A DNA stretch of 27,131 nt, taken from NCBI GenBank assembly GCA_040752415.1, contig JBFMGU010000144.1, positions 1 through 27,131 on the forward strand. Direction: 5' to 3'. Made by a program: the position numbers and the translations under genes. This DNA is from Myxococcota bacterium (GTDB lineage: Bacteria > Myxococcota > JACRCW01). The notes below the pieces were generated by a model. The model worked only from the letters and a program-made list of their open reading frames with translations, was not told the origin of the DNA and searched no databases. Within the stretch, counting starts at the first letter, position 1. The number at the start of each line of letters is the position of its first letter. Of this stretch, positions 8,547-17,729 are shown one piece after another.

Positions 8547-11495
8547 TCACGCAAAGAGCTGCAGCAGGTCGTCACGCGTGAGGGCGGTGGCGGCGGAGGC
8601 ATCCCCCAACGCGGCCTCGAACAGCGTGCGCTTCTTCTCCTGCAATCCCAGGATGCGCTCCTCCACCGTTCCCTGCGAGACCAACCGGTACACCATCACC
8701 GGGCGCTCCTGGCCAATGCGGTGGGCACGGTCCGCGGCCTGCGCCTCCACCGCCGGGTTCCACCACGGGTCGACGAGGAAGACGTGGTCCGCCGCGGTGA
8801 GGTTCAGCCCGGTGCCACCCGCCTTGAGCGAGATGAGCATCACCGGTGCACCCTCGGCCGCCTGGAAGCGCGCGGTCACCTCGCCGCGGTTCATCGTCGT
8901 GCCGTCGAGCCGCTCGAACGCAATGCCCGCCTTCTTCACCGCCGGCTCGATGAGGTCCAGCAGCGAGGTCCACTGCGAGAACACCAGCGCCTTGTGCCCT
9001 TCCGCCACCGCGGTGCTGAGCGCGTCCACCAGCGTGTCCACCTTGGATGAAGAGGTGGCCTGCTGTCCCGGCACCAGCGCGGAGTGACACGCGGCCTGGC
9101 GCAGACGGAGCAGGGCCTCCAACGCCTTCAGCACGCTGCCACCTTCCTGCAGCAGCGCCACCACCTCGGCGCGCGTGGCGGCGAACACCGCGTCGTAGAC
9201 GGTGCGCTCCCGCTCATCCAACGTCACGCGCAACACGCTCTCGGTGCGCGGTGGCAACTCGGGCGCCACGTCGCGCTTGAGACGACGCAGCACAAAGGGA
9301 CGGATGCGCTTGCGCAGGCGGCTTGCGGCGTCGGGTCTTCCTTCCGCCAGGGGACGGGCCACGCGCTCCTGGAAATCCTTCCGCCCGCCGAGGAGCCCGC
9401 GGTTGGCGAAGTGCATGATGCTCCACAGCTCCTCCAGCCGGTTCTCCAGCGGTGTCCCGCTCAGCGCCAGCCGGAAGCCCGCCTGCAGCCCGAACGCCGC
9501 GCGCGCCACCTGGCTGTCGGGGTTCTTGATGGCCTGCGCCTCGTCGAGAACCACGGCGTCCCAGCGCTTGCCGCCCAGGATCGTCGCGTCCAGGCGCAGC
9601 AGCGCATAGGTGGTGAGCGTGACGTCGGCGTTGGCATCCAGCGCGCGGCCCGGGCCGTGGTACACGGACACCTTCAGCGAGGGGCGGAACCGCCTGAGCT
9701 CGGCCTCCCAGTTGGGCAGCACGCTGGTGGGGCACACCACGAGCGAGCCGGTGCCCAGCACGCACAACGTCTGCAGCGTCTTTCCCAGGCCCATGTCGTC
9801 GGCGAGGATCCCGCCCAGGCCGGCGCTGCGCAGGAACTGCAACCACCCCACGCCCTGCAGCTGGTAGGGACGCAACGTGGCGGTGAGGTCCTGGGGCAGC
9901 GTGGGAGCGGGCAGCTTCTCGAAGCCCTCGACGAGCGGCGCCAGGCGCTCCAGTCCCGGTGGCGGCGGCGTCTCCAGCGTCTCGCACAACGAGGCCAGCT
10001 CGGGGAGCGCGTGGTTGGAGAGTCGTCCGTCGGCCTCCCGCGCGGCGAGGAGGTCGGCCACGCGTTGACCATGCTGGTCCAGCCACGCGCGCGGCAACGG
10101 CGCCCAACCACCACCCTGCAACGGCACCAGCCCCAAGCCATCCGACCACGCGCGGAGCACCGCCGCCGCATCCACCGTCTGCGCCTCTCCCTCACCACCC
10201 TCGACGTGGAACGTGATCTCGAAGCGCACCTCGGGGAGCCCGGCGGAGGTGACGGCGGAGTCGAGCTGCAACGACGGACGCAGCCGCAGGTTGGGACTGG
10301 CGAAGCCCGCGGCGTCACCGGCCAGCGCGCCCTGCCAGCGTCGGAGCTTCTCCGCCCAGCGCATCATGTCCGTGCCGGACACCGTGATGCGTCGACCGGG
10401 GATCAGGTTCAGCTCGTCGCGCAGGCGCTGGACCAGGCGGGTCTCCGCGGCGTCGTCGCGCACGGGCACCGCGCCGCGCAGGTACACCATCCGCGCGCCG
10501 TCAATGCGCACCGAGGGCGGCGAGCCGTACACCAGCGTGGGCAGGATGGAGAGGCCGGACTCCAGCTGGTTGAGCTCCAGCATGATGCGCGGCTTCAGCT
10601 CGCGGTCGATCGGCGGCAGACGCACGCTGCGCACGTCGACGGGAATGCGCTGCGCCAGCTCCGGCAGGACACGCGCGCTGACCTCACCCAGCTGGTCCGC
10701 GGTGAAGTTGCGCACGATGGGAAGGTTCTGCAGACGCGGGCCGCTGAGCGCCGTCTCTCCCAGACGCACCACCGCGTCGCCACACAGAGCAAGGCCGGGC
10801 GCCAGCACCTCCGTGATGCGCGGGTCCCAGGTGACGGTGACAACCAGCTGCTCACCGTGATCCTCGACGACACCCAGCGGCGGCACCACCTCGTCGGTGA
10901 TGGCCACCGGCCGCCCGTCCAGCAGCACGTTGCGCGCGCCTTCCAGCACACGCATGAGCGCATCCACCTTCTCCGCCGGCAGCGGGCCACGCAGTGGCTT
11001 CTCCAGGAGGCGGTCGGCGGTGAGGTCGGCCTGTTCCACCTGCAGCGTGGCGGCCTGCGCGGGGCGCGCCATCATCGACGTGAGACTGCCCTCCAACGGC
11101 GTCTCGCTGCCGTCGGCGTGGGCCAGCATGCGCCTCAGCTGGAGCCCGCCCTCGACGCGCACGAAGTGGTAGACCACGCGCGTCCACCGGCTCTCCGCCG
11201 CCGCCAGCGGGGCCTCCTGCTGCTCGGACTGCTGGAGCGAGATGGCCGCCGCCACGGAGTGCTCGCAGGGGTCCATGCGGCTCGGGCAGTCGCACTCCCA
11301 GGCCTCGGATTCCGGGTAGAGCACCACCGTGGGCGCCACCGCACGACCCGGGGCGCGCACGCGCAGCTCGACCTCCCTGGCGGAACGGGACTGCAACGCC
11401 ACGGCGCCGGCACGGGCCAGGTTGACGCCGGTGGACCAGATCCCCGGGCGGGCGGCTTTGCGGATGGCTTCGAGCAGCTTGGCGGTGGCGGACAT
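8547..11495 (-). CDS. SWIM zinc-finger SNF2-family helicase/ATPase
   Basis: SWIM CDC-x6-CEH; Q motif [47 protein letters not shown]. Confidence 0.95.
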   Translation of the reverse strand: MSATAKLLEAIRKAARPGIWSTGVNLARAGAVALQSRSAREVELRVRAPGRAVAPTVVLYPESEAWECDCPSRMDPCEHSVAAAISLQQSEQQEAPLAAAESRWTRVVYHFVRVEGGLQLRRMLAHADGSETPLEGSLTSMMARPAQAATLQVEQADLTADRLLEKPLRGPLPAEKVDALMRVLEGARNVLLDGRPVAITDEVVPPLGVVEDHGEQLVVTVTWDPRITEVLAPGLALCGDAVVRLGETALSGPRLQNLPIVRNFTADQLGEVSARVLPELAQRIPVDVRSVRLPPIDRELKPRIMLELNQLESGLSILPTLVYGSPPSVRIDGARMVYLRGAVPVRDDAAETRLVQRLRDELNLIPGRRITVSGTDMMRWAEKLRRWQGALAGDAAGFASPNLRLRPSLQLDSAVTSAGLPEVRFEITFHVEGGEGEAQTVDAAAVLRAWSDGLGLVPLQGGGWAPLPRAWLDQHGQRVADLLAAREADGRLSNHALPELASLCETLETPPPPGLERLAPLVEGFEKLPAPTLPQDLTATLRPYQLQGVGWLQFLRSAGLGGILADDMGLGKTLQTLCVLGTGSLVVCPTSVLPNWEAELRRFRPSLKVSVYHGPGRALDANADVTLTTYALLRLDATILGGKRWDAVVLDEAQAIKNPDSQVARAAFGLQAGFRLALSGTPLENRLEELWSIMHFANRGLLGGRKDFQERVARPLAEGRPDAASRLRKRIRPFVLRRLKRDVAPELPPRTESVLRVTLDERERTVYDAVFAATRAEVVALLQEGGSVLKALEALLRLRQAACHSALVPGQQATSSSKVDTLVDALSTAVAEGHKALVFSQWTSLLDLIEPAVKKAGIAFERLDGTTMNRGEVTARFQAAEGAPVMLISLKAGGTGLNLTAADHVFLVDPWWNPAVEAQAADRAHRIGQERPVMVYRLVSQGTVEERILGLQEKKRTLFEAALGDASAATALTRDDLLQLFA

Positions 11496-11565
11496 GGCGA
11501 CGGCGTTCCCTACGCGTCAGCCATCCCGCGCACAACCTTCAGCAACGGGGAACTCGGGTGCGGGA

Positions 11566-12525
11566 TCAGTCCGCCTGGAACACCTCGTCCAGCGTGCGCG
11601 CGGTCAACGCGCGAGAGAGCCAGAGGTCAAGCAGGGCGGCGTCGCGGCAGGAGCGGACCCGGGCCTGGATATCTTCCGAGGGCGCCAGCCCGCGCGCCTC
11701 CAGGACCTTGAGGACGGCGCCCGCGAGCGCGTCGGCGCGCCCTTCCTCCCGCCCTTCCTCCCGCCCTTCCTCCCGCCCCTCCGCGCGTCCTGCTTCGCGC
11801 CCTCGCTCGAGCCCTCGCTCGAGCCCTCGCTGCTCGCCCTGGCGGAGCCACTTCAGCTCGAGGTCACTGAGCTCTCCAAGCTGTCCTTGCCGCATCAACT
11901 CCTCCAGCGCGGCCCGACACGCCGCATTGACGGACCTCAGGATGAGCCCATCATAGAAAAACCGACGCTGCTCTTCCAGACCCTTTGCCGCCACGAGGGC
12001 GGCCTTCGCCGCCGACAACACGTCTTCCTGGTCACCGTGCGCCATGACGCCCAGGACCGCCAGCTCCGGCAGCTCGCGCGCCTGCTGGACGTCGGTCAGC
12101 AGGGGCAACCCCAACGGCCCCAGGGCCAGCGGTGTGAGCGCCAACTCGCCGGGCGCGCCCCCGATCGCGCGTGAGGCCCATTTCTCGACGCGCTCTTCCG
12201 CGGTCACCACCAGCAGGCGGGCGGGACAGCGCAAGCGGGCGGAGACGGCGGCAAGGTAGAGCGGCCAGCTGAACCGCTTGTCCTCGTCCACCCCGAGCTG
12301 CGCCTCCACGACGATCGCCATCGTGGGCGAGCCTGCCCGCTCCAGCACCACCACCAGGTCCGCCTGGTAGGCGCGCGGCCAGAGGTCGGCCACGTCGCCG
12401 GACTGGACCCGCGGCTCTGCGTCCGCCGGCACCACCACGTGCAGCAGGCGCGACATCAGCTCCGCCGCCAGGCTGGGCCGGTTGCGGAACAGCGCCACAA
12501 TGGCGTCGTGCTCGGGCGAGGACAT
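11566..12525 (-). CDS. Rpn-like PD-(D/E)XK nuclease-family protein with (EGRE)n repeats and C-terminal helical domain
   Basis: 'HDAIVALF' N-terminus; ADL...VEAQ catalytic pattern; GREE repeats; 'LDLWLSRALTARTLDEVF' tail; GAGGG upstream of ATG 12525. Confidence 0.8.
   Translation of the reverse strand: MSSPEHDAIVALFRNRPSLAAELMSRLLHVVVPADAEPRVQSGDVADLWPRAYQADLVVVLERAGSPTMAIVVEAQLGVDEDKRFSWPLYLAAVSARLRCPARLLVVTAEERVEKWASRAIGGAPGELALTPLALGPLGLPLLTDVQQARELPELAVLGVMAHGDQEDVLSAAKAALVAAKGLEEQRRFFYDGLILRSVNAACRAALEELMRQGQLGELSDLELKWLRQGEQRGLERGLERGREAGRAEGREEGREEGREEGRADALAGAVLKVLEARGLAPSEDIQARVRSCRDAALLDLWLSRALTARTLDEVFQAD
11739..11838. repeat. 12-bp coding tandem repeats (GREE x3, GLER x2)
   Basis: gcccttcctccc x3 at 11739-11774; gccctcgctcga x2 plus a partial copy from 11799. 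Confidence 0.9.
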
Positions 12526-12600
12526 GCGCGTGCCCTCGCACGGCACCGCGCCGTCGGCAACGCGGACCACGTCAACTTACGGGGTGGTGCCTGAGAAGGC

Positions 12601-13167
12601 TCAACAACCGGTGCGGATGGGGCGGGAGGGCGTCGTCGTGGAGGACGAGCCGCAACCGGTGCTCACCGGGCGGGACGGCGCGGGCGTCGGGGTCCAGCTC
12701 GTGGGGCGGGACGGGGTGTTCGTCGAGGAGCCGCAGCCGGTGCTCACCGGACGGGAGGGCGTGGAAACCGACGAGCCACAGCCGGTGCTCACCGGGCGCG
12801 ACGGCGTGGAGGGAGTGGAGGAGCCGCAGCCGGTGGACACGTTGCCCCCACCGCGCTCGACAGTGACACCGGTGGCCAGCTCCAGCAGCCGCGCCGCCAG
12901 CGACGAGAGCGCCCGCTGCTCCCGCGCATCCAGCTGTCCGTCCTGGTTGCGGTCCGCGCCGCGGATCTCCGCGCCCACCGTCTTGAGCGCCTCCTTCATG
13001 CGCGGGATGGACACCGTGGAGCTGCACGAGGTCTGCACCGTGCGCGCCAGCTCCCGCAGCGCCTTGTTGGAGATGTTGCCCACGTCGACACTGCTGCCCT
13101 GGTTCTTCTCCAGGCGCCGCAGCGCGTCCTGCATGGACCGCAGTCCCTTCTGGGAATCCACCTTCAT
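12601..13167 (-). CDS. 188-aa EF-hand plus TGC-repeat protein; putative substrate/precursor of the adjacent radical SAM enzyme
   Basis: GGAGGAG Shine-Dalgarno before ATG 13167; 14 nt after the rSAM stop; DRNQDGQLDARE; five [VI]-x-T-G-C units, the last at the C-terminus. Confidence 0.85.
   Translation of the reverse strand: MKVDSQKGLRSMQDALRRLEKNQGSSVDVGNISNKALRELARTVQTSCSSTVSIPRMKEALKTVGAEIRGADRNQDGQLDAREQRALSSLAARLLELATGVTVERGGGNVSTGCGSSTPSTPSRPVSTGCGSSVSTPSRPVSTGCGSSTNTPSRPTSWTPTPAPSRPVSTGCGSSSTTTPSRPIRTGC
12604..12843 (-). repeat. Five imperfect coding repeats, consensus P-S-R-P-V-S-T-G-C-G-S-S
   Basis: Cys-to-Cys spacing 16, 15, 27, 16 aa; synonymous variation between copies (ACC GGC TGC / ACC GGC TGT / ACC GGT TGC / ACC GGT TGT). 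Confidence 0.92.
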
Positions 13168-13181
13168 CTTCGGCTCCTCCC

Positions 13182-14522
13182 TCAACCAACAACGCGCAGC
13201 AGACTGGCACCGCGGCGTGGGAATGTCACGGGCGCCATCCCCTCGCGCGGCTCGTAGTGGCACCAGGAGTCCGGCCCCTCCAGCCCGTTGCCCGCGTACA
13301 GCGCCCGCACCCGGCACCCTCCCCGACACGTGTCGTGATGCCGGCAGCTCATGCACTGCGCGTTGGCGTCGATGGCGCGAAGTTGCGTGAATGCCGCGCC
13401 GCCCGCCCACAGGTCCCACAAGAGCGTCTCGCGCACGTTCCCCGACTCATACGCGCCGGGCAGGTTGAGACACGGCGTCACGTTTCCCGTCGGGGAGATG
13501 CCCATCACCACCTTGCCGGCCACGCACCCGAATCCCGGGAAGTCCGGCTCTCCCGCCTCCTCGGGGTGCGGCGCATCCAAGGTCACGCCCAGCTCCGCGG
13601 CCCGCACCCGCGCGCGGTCAATGGCGCGGCTGAAGGTGTCGCGGTCGCAGACCAGCCCGGGATTCGCCTGCGCCTCGCCGGCGGGATAGGCGGGACGCAA
13701 CAGCAGCACCCGCGCGCCCTCCTGGTGGGCCAGCTCCACCATGCGCGCAGCGTCGGGGGCGTTGCGCGGCGTGATGGTGACGGAGATGTTGAACCCCGGC
13801 GCGTAGTGCTCGCGCAGCTGCAGCATGCCGCGCAGCGCCTTCTGGAACGTGCCCGGGCCGCGGATGGCGTCGTTGGTGTCCTCGTCGGGGCCATCCAGGC
13901 TGACGCTCAGTCCCGCGGGGGGACACTCGGAGAGCGCCTGCAGCACGGCGGGCTTGAGCAGGGACGCGTTGGTGTGCACGAAGGTGTCCACGCCGACCTC
14001 GTCGGCCTTGCGTACCACGCGCGGGAGATCCTTGCGCAGGAACGGCTCCCCGCCGCCCAGCACCAGCTTCACGCAGCCCATCTCCGCCAATTGCTCGACG
14101 AGACCGGCAATCTCCTTGAAGGTCAGCTCCCCCGGCGCACGTTTTCCCGACGAGGAATAGCAATGCGCGCAGGAGAAGTTGCACGCCAGCGTCACGCCCA
14201 GGTGCGCCACCAGCGGAGCGCCGTAGCCCTGGTGCACCCGCGGCAGCTCGACGATGCGCCCCGCGAACACCCCGTCCAGTCCGAACACCCCCAGCGCCTC
14301 CAGGTCCGCGCGCGCCTGCTGCGCCTCCAGCGTCCCCACGCTGCGGGCCAGGGTGTCCACCGCGTCGTCGAGCGGCAGCTCGCGGGAGGCCACCATGAGG
14401 AAGCTCTCGGCGGCGGTGCGACGCGTGTACGCGTGGTCCGCGCGACGGTAGAGCAAGGCCCCCTCCGCCTCGACGCGCAGCGTGAACGGCACCGGCCGCG
14501 CCCTGGTCTCCGCTCTCTCCAC
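13182..14522 (-). CDS. Radical SAM/SPASM peptide maturase with putative N-terminal RRE (PqqD/MftB-like)
   Basis: CNFSCAHC; GGGEPF; SLDG; SPASM C-x17-C...C-x2-C-x5-C-x3-C-x17-C; about 90-aa N-terminal extension; GGGAGG before GTG 14522. Confidence 0.93.
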   Translation of the reverse strand: MERAETRARPVPFTLRVEAEGALLYRRADHAYTRRTAAESFLMVASRELPLDDAVDTLARSVGTLEAQQARADLEALGVFGLDGVFAGRIVELPRVHQGYGAPLVAHLGVTLACNFSCAHCYSSSGKRAPGELTFKEIAGLVEQLAEMGCVKLVLGGGEPFLRKDLPRVVRKADEVGVDTFVHTNASLLKPAVLQALSECPPAGLSVSLDGPDEDTNDAIRGPGTFQKALRGMLQLREHYAPGFNISVTITPRNAPDAARMVELAHQEGARVLLLRPAYPAGEAQANPGLVCDRDTFSRAIDRARVRAAELGVTLDAPHPEEAGEPDFPGFGCVAGKVVMGISPTGNVTPCLNLPGAYESGNVRETLLWDLWAGGAAFTQLRAIDANAQCMSCRHHDTCRGGCRVRALYAGNGLEGPDSWCHYEPREGMAPVTFPRRGASLLRVVG

Positions 14523-14610
14523 CGGACCTCCCGCGCGCCAAGCCTAGACCAACGGTGGGAACAACGGGGAGCACGGCGGAGGTGGCGCTTTGCTGCTAGA
14601 ACCGCGCCCC

Positions 14611-15771
14611 ATGACGACCACCACGGATGCCACCCTGGACCAGGCGCTCCAGCTGGTCTCCCGCCAGCAGGCGGAGATGGAGCGCACGCTCAAGCTGCTG
14701 GTCGACGAGAACTCGCACACCGCGGAGCGCGACCGCGTCAACAAGGTGGGCGCCATGCTCGCCGAGCTCTTCACCATGCCGGGGCTGACCCCGGAGTGGC
14801 GCAAGAGCGAACGCTTTGGCAACCACCTCATCCTCACCACGCCGGCCAGCGGACCGCGCACGTTGCTGATTGGTCACCATGACACGGTGTTCCCGCCCGG
14901 CACCTTCGAGGGCATGCGCGAGGATGGGGAGCTGTTGCGCGGGCCCGGCGTGCTGGACATGAAGGGCGGGCTCCTGGTGGTGCGCTTCGCGCTCAAGGCC
15001 CTCAGCGAGGTGGGCGCACTGGAGCGCATCCCGCTCGCCGTCATCAGCGTGGCAGACGAGGAAGTGGGCAGCGAGGACAGCGGGCCCCACCTGCGCGAGC
15101 TGTGCGGCAACGCCAAGGCGGCGCTGGTCTTCGAGGCGGGTCGCCTGGGCGACGCGATCATCACGCGCCGCAAGGGCACCGGTGGGATCACCGCGCGGGC
15201 GCACGGCCGGGCGGCACACGCGGGCAACGCGCACCGCGAGGGCGTGAATGCCATCTGGGCGCTGGCGCGCTTCATCGACGCGGCGCAGCGCATCACCGAC
15301 TACGACCGCGGCATCACCGTGAACGTGGGCAAGGTGAGCGGCGGCACCTCCAAGAACACCGTGCCCGACGCCGCGGAGGCGGTGATCGACTTCCGCTTCG
15401 TCCGCACCGACGACGGTCGCGACGTGGAGGCGGCCATGGCGGCGGCAGCGGACCGCGTGGCGGGCGAGGTGCCAGGCGCCCGGGTGGAGATCAGCGGCGG
15501 GGTGCGTCGGTTGCCGCTGGAGCAGACGGCGGCCTCGCGCGCGCTGATGGAACGCTACGCCGCGGCGGCGCGGGCCACGGGCCTGGGCGCGGGTGAGGCT
15601 CCGCTGCTGGGTGGTGGCAGCGACGCCAACACGGTGAGCGCCGTGGGCGTGCCGGCCATCGACGGGCTGGGGCCGCGCGGCAAGGGTTTCCACACCAATG
15701 ACGAGCAGATCGAGCGCGCCACGCTGGTTCCCAAGGCGCAGGCGCTGATCCGCTACCTGCTCACCGCATGA
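14611..15771 (+). CDS. M20 family metallopeptidase (carboxypeptidase G2/ArgE-like)
   Basis: GHHDTVF, GPGVLDMKGG, DEEVGS, VFE, AAHAG, GGSDAN, GFHT metal-ligand motifs. Confidence 0.92.
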   Translation: MTTTTDATLDQALQLVSRQQAEMERTLKLLVDENSHTAERDRVNKVGAMLAELFTMPGLTPEWRKSERFGNHLILTTPASGPRTLLIGHHDTVFPPGTFEGMREDGELLRGPGVLDMKGGLLVVRFALKALSEVGALERIPLAVISVADEEVGSEDSGPHLRELCGNAKAALVFEAGRLGDAIITRRKGTGGITARAHGRAAHAGNAHREGVNAIWALARFIDAAQRITDYDRGITVNVGKVSGGTSKNTVPDAAEAVIDFRFVRTDDGRDVEAAMAAAADRVAGEVPGARVEISGGVRRLPLEQTAASRALMERYAAAARATGLGAGEAPLLGGGSDANTVSAVGVPAIDGLGPRGKGFHTNDEQIERATLVPKAQALIRYLLTA

Positions 15772-16385
15772 TCGCCCGGCCACCCGCCGGCGTGATCTTC
15801 GACCTCGACGGCACGCTGCTGGATTCCCGCGACATGTGGTTCGCGCTGGTGTGCGCCGCCGCCGCGCGCTGGGGTGGCCCGCCGCCACGACGCGCGGACT
15901 TCGACCGCACCTTCGGACAGGCCACCGCGGCGGACATCGAGCAGTTCTTCCCCGGGCCCACCGTGGCGGAGGTGGACGCGTTCTGGTCGGAGCACTGGCG
16001 GGAGCACGCGCATCTCATCCACGCGCTGCCCGGCGCGCTCGACGTCACCGCCCAACTGCGGGCACGCGGCGTGAAGCTGGCGTGTGCCACCAACAGCGTG
16101 CGCGCCGTGGCGTTGCCGGCGTTGGAGCAGGTGGGGCTGCTCACGCGGATGGACGCGGTGGCCGCGGTGGACGACGCGCACGCTCCCAAGCCCGCACCGG
16201 ACCTGGTGCGCCTGGCCGCCGCGCGCATGGGTCTCCCCGTCGGGAAATGCGTGATGGTGGGGGACAGCGCGTTTGACGTGCTGGCGGGAAGCGGCGCGGG
16301 CTGCGGCGTGGCGGGGATTGGCGTGGACGCCGACGTGCGCATTGCGAACCTGCGCGAGCTGCCCGCAGTGCTGGGGCTGGCGTGA
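15768..16385 (+). CDS. HAD-superfamily hydrolase (phosphoglycolate phosphatase-like)
   Basis: FDLDGTLLDS, ATNS, PKPAPD, VGDSAFD; ATGA overlap with the M20 gene. Confidence 0.92.
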   Translation: MIARPPAGVIFDLDGTLLDSRDMWFALVCAAAARWGGPPPRRADFDRTFGQATAADIEQFFPGPTVAEVDAFWSEHWREHAHLIHALPGALDVTAQLRARGVKLACATNSVRAVALPALEQVGLLTRMDAVAAVDDAHAPKPAPDLVRLAAARMGLPVGKCVMVGDSAFDVLAGSGAGCGVAGIGVDADVRIANLRELPAVLGLA

Positions 16386-16415
16386 GGGCTTCGCGAAACG
16401 AGGCGCGAAGCCCTC
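16384..16415. terminator. Perfect 12-bp hairpin between convergent genes
   Basis: gagggcttcgcg (16384-16395), 8-nt loop, cgcgaagccctc (16404-16415); no U-tract. Confidence 0.55.
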
Positions 16416-16428
16416 TACCTATGTGGGC

Positions 16429-17202
16429 TCAGGGTGACCAGCCGCAGATGTTCCGTGCGCGGTCTAGGGTACGGGTATTGGAATTGTCGGTCCCATGGTC
16501 GTGGCTCATGGCCAGGTCCTCGTGAGGACGACTCGGTTGCCGCGCCTTTGACTCCTGTAGGAACTGCTGGAACGCAGCGTGCTGCAGTCGGCAGTAAGGT
16601 GCCTGCACCGCATTCTGCTGCAAAGTCCGACCACGACTATCAAGCCCATTCTCGTCGTAGATCTGAGCCCCAGTGCAATACAGGGGAACAACGAATTGGC
16701 CGTCGTCCGTAAGAAGGGCAACTTCCGCGTCTGGTGACCAAGGGATCACCTCCGTCGCCGCATAGCCGCAAACCACGGCCTGCGCGCTGCTCACGGCCTC
16801 TCGTTTTATGCATGCATACCCATACACAGGAGAGCCGTGTGCCCAGTTCCGAAATGAAATCGGAACCTCATAGTTGATGAGGAAGTCGGTCTCGCCCATT
16901 GATTCCCCGATGATGTACTCCTCAGGCGTGAACTGGACGCGGTAGCCATTATTTGGGCAACGGCACTGGTCCACGCTCATTCCTGATTCGCAGGGATTTG
17001 TGCCGGGGCACGCCTCAAACGCGTTCATTCTGACCTTGATCACAGCGTGGCACGAGTCCCATTGCTCCTGGCTCGGGGTCCATTCGCCATCATTGACGAC
17101 GTTTTGCCCGGATCCCGATGGCTCGATGGGTCCGCTCGTTGAACACGCGGCGCACGCGGCGAGAAATGCCGCCACGCAACCAAGTCTGAGGATTCTCACC
17201 AT
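16429..17202 (-). CDS. Hypothetical Cys-rich lipoprotein
   Basis: MVRILRLGCVAAFLAACAAC lipobox-like signal; multiple Cys in the mature part; open 257-codon frame in lower-GC DNA. Confidence 0.7.
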   Translation of the reverse strand: MVRILRLGCVAAFLAACAACSTSGPIEPSGSGQNVVNDGEWTPSQEQWDSCHAVIKVRMNAFEACPGTNPCESGMSVDQCRCPNNGYRVQFTPEEYIIGESMGETDFLINYEVPISFRNWAHGSPVYGYACIKREAVSSAQAVVCGYAATEVIPWSPDAEVALLTDDGQFVVPLYCTGAQIYDENGLDSRGRTLQQNAVQAPYCRLQHAAFQQFLQESKARQPSRPHEDLAMSHDHGTDNSNTRTLDRARNICGWSP

Positions 17203-17331
17203 GCGGCACCCGTTCCAGCGAGCCCCGGACAAAGTAGCGTTCCATCTGCCTATGTTCTCATTGATGACCTGCAGCCTCCGGGACATCCTCATCCCCCATC
17301 CCCCACCATCGCCCACGCCAAGAAGGCCCCG

Positions 17332-17661
17332 TTAGAACGTTGGTCGGTCTCTGGTGTTGCAGGTGCCATTGTCACAAAAGGCCTCTACTGGCTCCGCGGC
17401 GCAATCACAGGTGGTTGGCGTTGGTGGAAACGGGCACGCCATCGCCTTCTCATCGCTGGCGAATCGGGCAGCATCCTTGCGGTTCACAGAGCCTGCCACG
17501 GCGCCGCAATGGCAGAACGGGTTTTCGCATGCCTCATAAACCACAATGACGCAATCGTCGTCAACCGTGCAGCTCCGATCATAGTCTTGGACGTTAGCGT
17601 GACAGGCGCTAAGGAAAGACAACAACAGAGCAGCGGACAACCCCATGATTTGTCGGCCCAT
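17332..17661 (-). CDS. Small Cys-rich lipoprotein
   Basis: GAGGA Shine-Dalgarno before ATG 17661; LSAC lipobox; 'SCTVDDDCV...C...CHC...CP...CDC...AFCDNGTC' disulfide-rich pattern. Confidence 0.75.
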   Translation of the reverse strand: MGRQIMGLSAALLLSFLSACHANVQDYDRSCTVDDDCVIVVYEACENPFCHCGAVAGSVNRKDAARFASDEKAMACPFPPTPTTCDCAAEPVEAFCDNGTCNTRDRPTF

Positions 17662-17729
17662 CACCGCGTTCCTCACGGAGCCAAGCCGCACACAGTCTCG
17701 CGGCGATCCGAAGGTCGTGTTTCCGCGCC

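Noticed and set aside
12577..12603. Selenocysteine readthrough of the TGA after the final Cys (would add U-A-F-S-G-T-T-P)
   Set aside because: Only a 4-bp hairpin (GCCT-TCTC-AGGC) follows, not a convincing SECIS, and other repeats have Gly at this position.
12604..12843. CRISPR array or non-coding repeat
   Set aside because: Copies vary at third codon positions, spacings are multiples of three, and there are no cas genes; it is a coding repeat.
13182..14522. Naming the enzyme mftC, pqqE or nirJ
   Set aside because: No MftA/PqqA peptide or other pathway genes in the window; motif resemblance alone does not justify a symbol.
3933..14882. Long opposite-strand or alternative-frame ORFs (e.g. 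3933-5792, 5569-7293, 9084-11711, 13257-14882)
   Set aside because: Shadow ORFs typical of high-GC DNA; they overlap genes with clear motifs and have none of their own.
14611..15771. Assigning argE
   Set aside because: Motifs fit the carboxypeptidase G2-like branch of M20 at least as well, and the gene is not in the arg operon.
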